The position numbers and the translations under genes were made by a program. Source: Alkanindiges illinoisensis DSM 15370 (GTDB lineage: Bacteria; Pseudomonadota; Gammaproteobacteria; Pseudomonadales; Moraxellaceae). Taken from it: a stretch of DNA of 32,000 nucleotides. The notes beneath the pieces were generated by a model that was not told the DNA's origin, did no database searches, and saw nothing but the letters and a program-made list of their open reading frames with translations. Positions within the stretch are counted from its first letter, which is position 1, and each line of letters starts with the position of its first letter. Positions 30,943-32,000 of this stretch are shown here, in pieces. Location of the stretch: assembly GCF_000619845.1 (NCBI RefSeq), contig NZ_JHUX01000003.1, forward strand, positions 610,064 to 642,063, read 5' to 3'.

Positions 30943-30966
30943 CACAATGTGAGCGAGTAATAATAA
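30924..30966 (+). promoter_or_regulatory. Copy H of the TGGAACC-N24-box element
   Basis: TGGAACC 30924-30930 (within the last codons of 30481-30942), 24 nt, then GAGTAATAATAA 30955-30966. ATG 30993 lies 26 nt further on. Confidence 0.4.
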
Positions 30967-30992
30967 CCCTGTGCTTAAGCTCAGGGTTTTTT
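30965..30992 (+). terminator. Terminator hairpin overlapping the end of promoter-like copy H
   Basis: AACCCTG-tgcttaagct-CAGGGTTtttt: 7-bp stem 30965-30971/30982-30988, with the T-run running straight into ATG 30993. Confidence 0.6.
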
Positions 30993-31805
30993 ATGACCAA
31001 CAAAACAATCGCGCTGGCCACCCCGGCCAATGCACCAAAGCCCCGATTGCCCAGTAATGACACAGACCCGTTGTATGGCGTAGTTTCCAAACACAAGTTT
31101 GCTGTATTTTCTGAATGTGACAAAGATGGCAACTGGCTTGCAGACTTGCCTATCGTGGCAGCCATGCTTACCGATGGTGATAAAACCATTGAAAGTAATT
31201 ATCAGACCCCATTTGAAAACAGTAACCCAGAACATAAGATGCCAACGCTAATGGCAGCCTTGCAAACCGGTGAGTTGGTTGAGGCTATTGGCAATATTGT
31301 GGGCAGTAATGGGCTGCTACAGGCAGCAACCGATGTGCTGGATCCAGTGACGGGCATGCTTAAAGAATTTGCCAAGTCTGCCGAAGGTAAAACCAACCTG
31401 ACTAAAATCAATACCACTCAGGTTTTTGTGTCCACGGCTTCTATCAGAATTAATTTAAGCCTATTCCTGATTGCCCTAAGAAACCCACTGGTTGAAGTGG
31501 AACATAAAATTGCCCAGCTGGAAGCCTGGTCTTTGCCCAAATATTTATCTAATCGGGGCTTGCTTGAGAATGTGAGCGAGAACGGGCTTGCAGAAGGGAT
31601 TTTCTCAGGGGTGGTACCGCCGTTTATTTCGATTACTTTCCATGGCAAAACCTATGCGCCTTTCGTAATTGAAAGTGTGTCGTCACCGCTTGATGCGCCG
31701 ATTGATGAAAATGGAAACCGCTTAAATCTGGCTTTTAGTGTGAATCTGTTGAGCCGGGCCGCTTGGGATGCCAGTGATATCAAAAAACTGTATGGGATGG
31801 TGTAA
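30993..31805 (+). CDS. Hypothetical virion/tail protein (270 aa)
   Basis: Long ORF whose ATG directly follows the hairpin T-run, the same geometry as at 18114. '...IRINLSLFLIALRNPLVEVEHKIAQLEAWSLP...PPFISITFHGKTYAPFVIESVSSPLD' vaguely recalls gp19/gp54-type tube-initiator proteins. The functional assignment is weak. Confidence 0.5.
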   Translation: MTNKTIALATPANAPKPRLPSNDTDPLYGVVSKHKFAVFSECDKDGNWLADLPIVAAMLTDGDKTIESNYQTPFENSNPEHKMPTLMAALQTGELVEAIGNIVGSNGLLQAATDVLDPVTGMLKEFAKSAEGKTNLTKINTTQVFVSTASIRINLSLFLIALRNPLVEVEHKIAQLEAWSLPKYLSNRGLLENVSENGLAEGIFSGVVPPFISITFHGKTYAPFVIESVSSPLDAPIDENGNRLNLAFSVNLLSRAAWDASDIKKLYGMV

Positions 31806-32000
31806 ATGCTGACTTTTGATGCAATACCGATAGGTCCTACGACCTATACGCCTCAGGAACTAACCATTAATGATTGCCTGAAAGTAGCTGTTGTTAGCCA
31901 GCAGCTCAATGAAAAGCGCGTGACTGTGTTTTTAAAGGGCATGCTACAGGATGATAAGTTACCCCTGAGTATTACCTGCCAAGAGCGCTATTACTTACTA
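31806..32000 (+). CDS. 5' end of a downstream gene (partial, function unknown)
   Basis: The ATG immediately follows the TAA of the previous gene (taaATG). All 65 codons to the window edge are open (MLTFDAIPIGPTTYTPQELTIND...). It is absent from the ORF track because it has no stop in the window. Confidence 0.5.
   Translation, partial: MLTFDAIPIGPTTYTPQELTINDCLKVAVVSQQLNEKRVTVFLKGMLQDDKLPLSITCQERYYLL

Noticed and set aside
1042-31648. Remaining short ORFs from the track nested in or antisense to long genes (e.g. 1042-1374, 1411-1680, 10632-11015, 16387-16689, 21026-21397, 24376-24699, 27052-27495, 31418-31648)
   Set aside because: All lie completely inside longer ORFs with recognisable motifs or operon logic. 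None has a convincing RBS or a recognisable motif.
1-32000. Search for tRNA/rRNA genes, CRISPR arrays, IS/transposase, integrase or att-like long repeats
   Set aside because: I found no cloverleaf-like sequences, no regularly spaced direct repeats, and no transposase or integrase motifs. The only long-range DNA repeat is the diverged sheath-domain duplication (3562 vs 12438).

Overview
This window is a dense, almost entirely + strand late region of a contractile-tailed (myovirus-type) phage or prophage. I saw no host housekeeping genes, tRNA/rRNA, CRISPR array, IS element or integrase.

Gene order, left to right:
- A gp23-like/HK97-fold major capsid protein with a long N-terminal propeptide (203-1975), followed by two head-accessory ORFs.
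- A tail sheath gene interrupted by an in-frame TAA (3562-5154), then an acidic/basic internal-protein-like ORF.
- A P2/Mu-style baseplate set: gp25/W-like, J-like, I-like, D-like hub and V-like spike.
- A fibre gene preceded by a stand-alone duplicate of the sheath N-terminal domain.
- A portal gene.
- A ~13 kb block of giant proteins (18114-30942): a 649-aa coiled-coil protein, a 1,194-aa polyvalent protein (ParB-like domain plus a pyrophosphatase-signature domain), and a 2,138-aa N6-adenine methyltransferase + SF2 helicase fusion that resembles phage P1 DarB.

I read that block as a capsid-delivered, Dar-like anti-restriction/effector module. This is an inference from motifs and architecture, not a database result.

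Main observations beyond ordinary annotation:
1. The tetrapeptide F-D-S-[I/V] occurs ten times and only in four head-associated proteins. It brackets the domains of the polyvalent protein, so it is a candidate prohead-protease or capsid-targeting code.
2. A bipartite DNA element, TGGAACC-N24-CA(C/A)AATA(A/G), recurs at about seven transcription-unit starts. Its distance to the start codon is a near-constant 26-30 nt. It is a candidate phage-specific late promoter, and two copies overlap terminator hairpins.
3. The sheath gene is split, and its N-terminal domain has a ~67%-identical stand-alone paralogue elsewhere in the window.
4. Three AT-rich minus-strand genes and one membrane-protein gene are inserted in the tail module.

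All functional calls rest on motifs, size and synteny read by eye.
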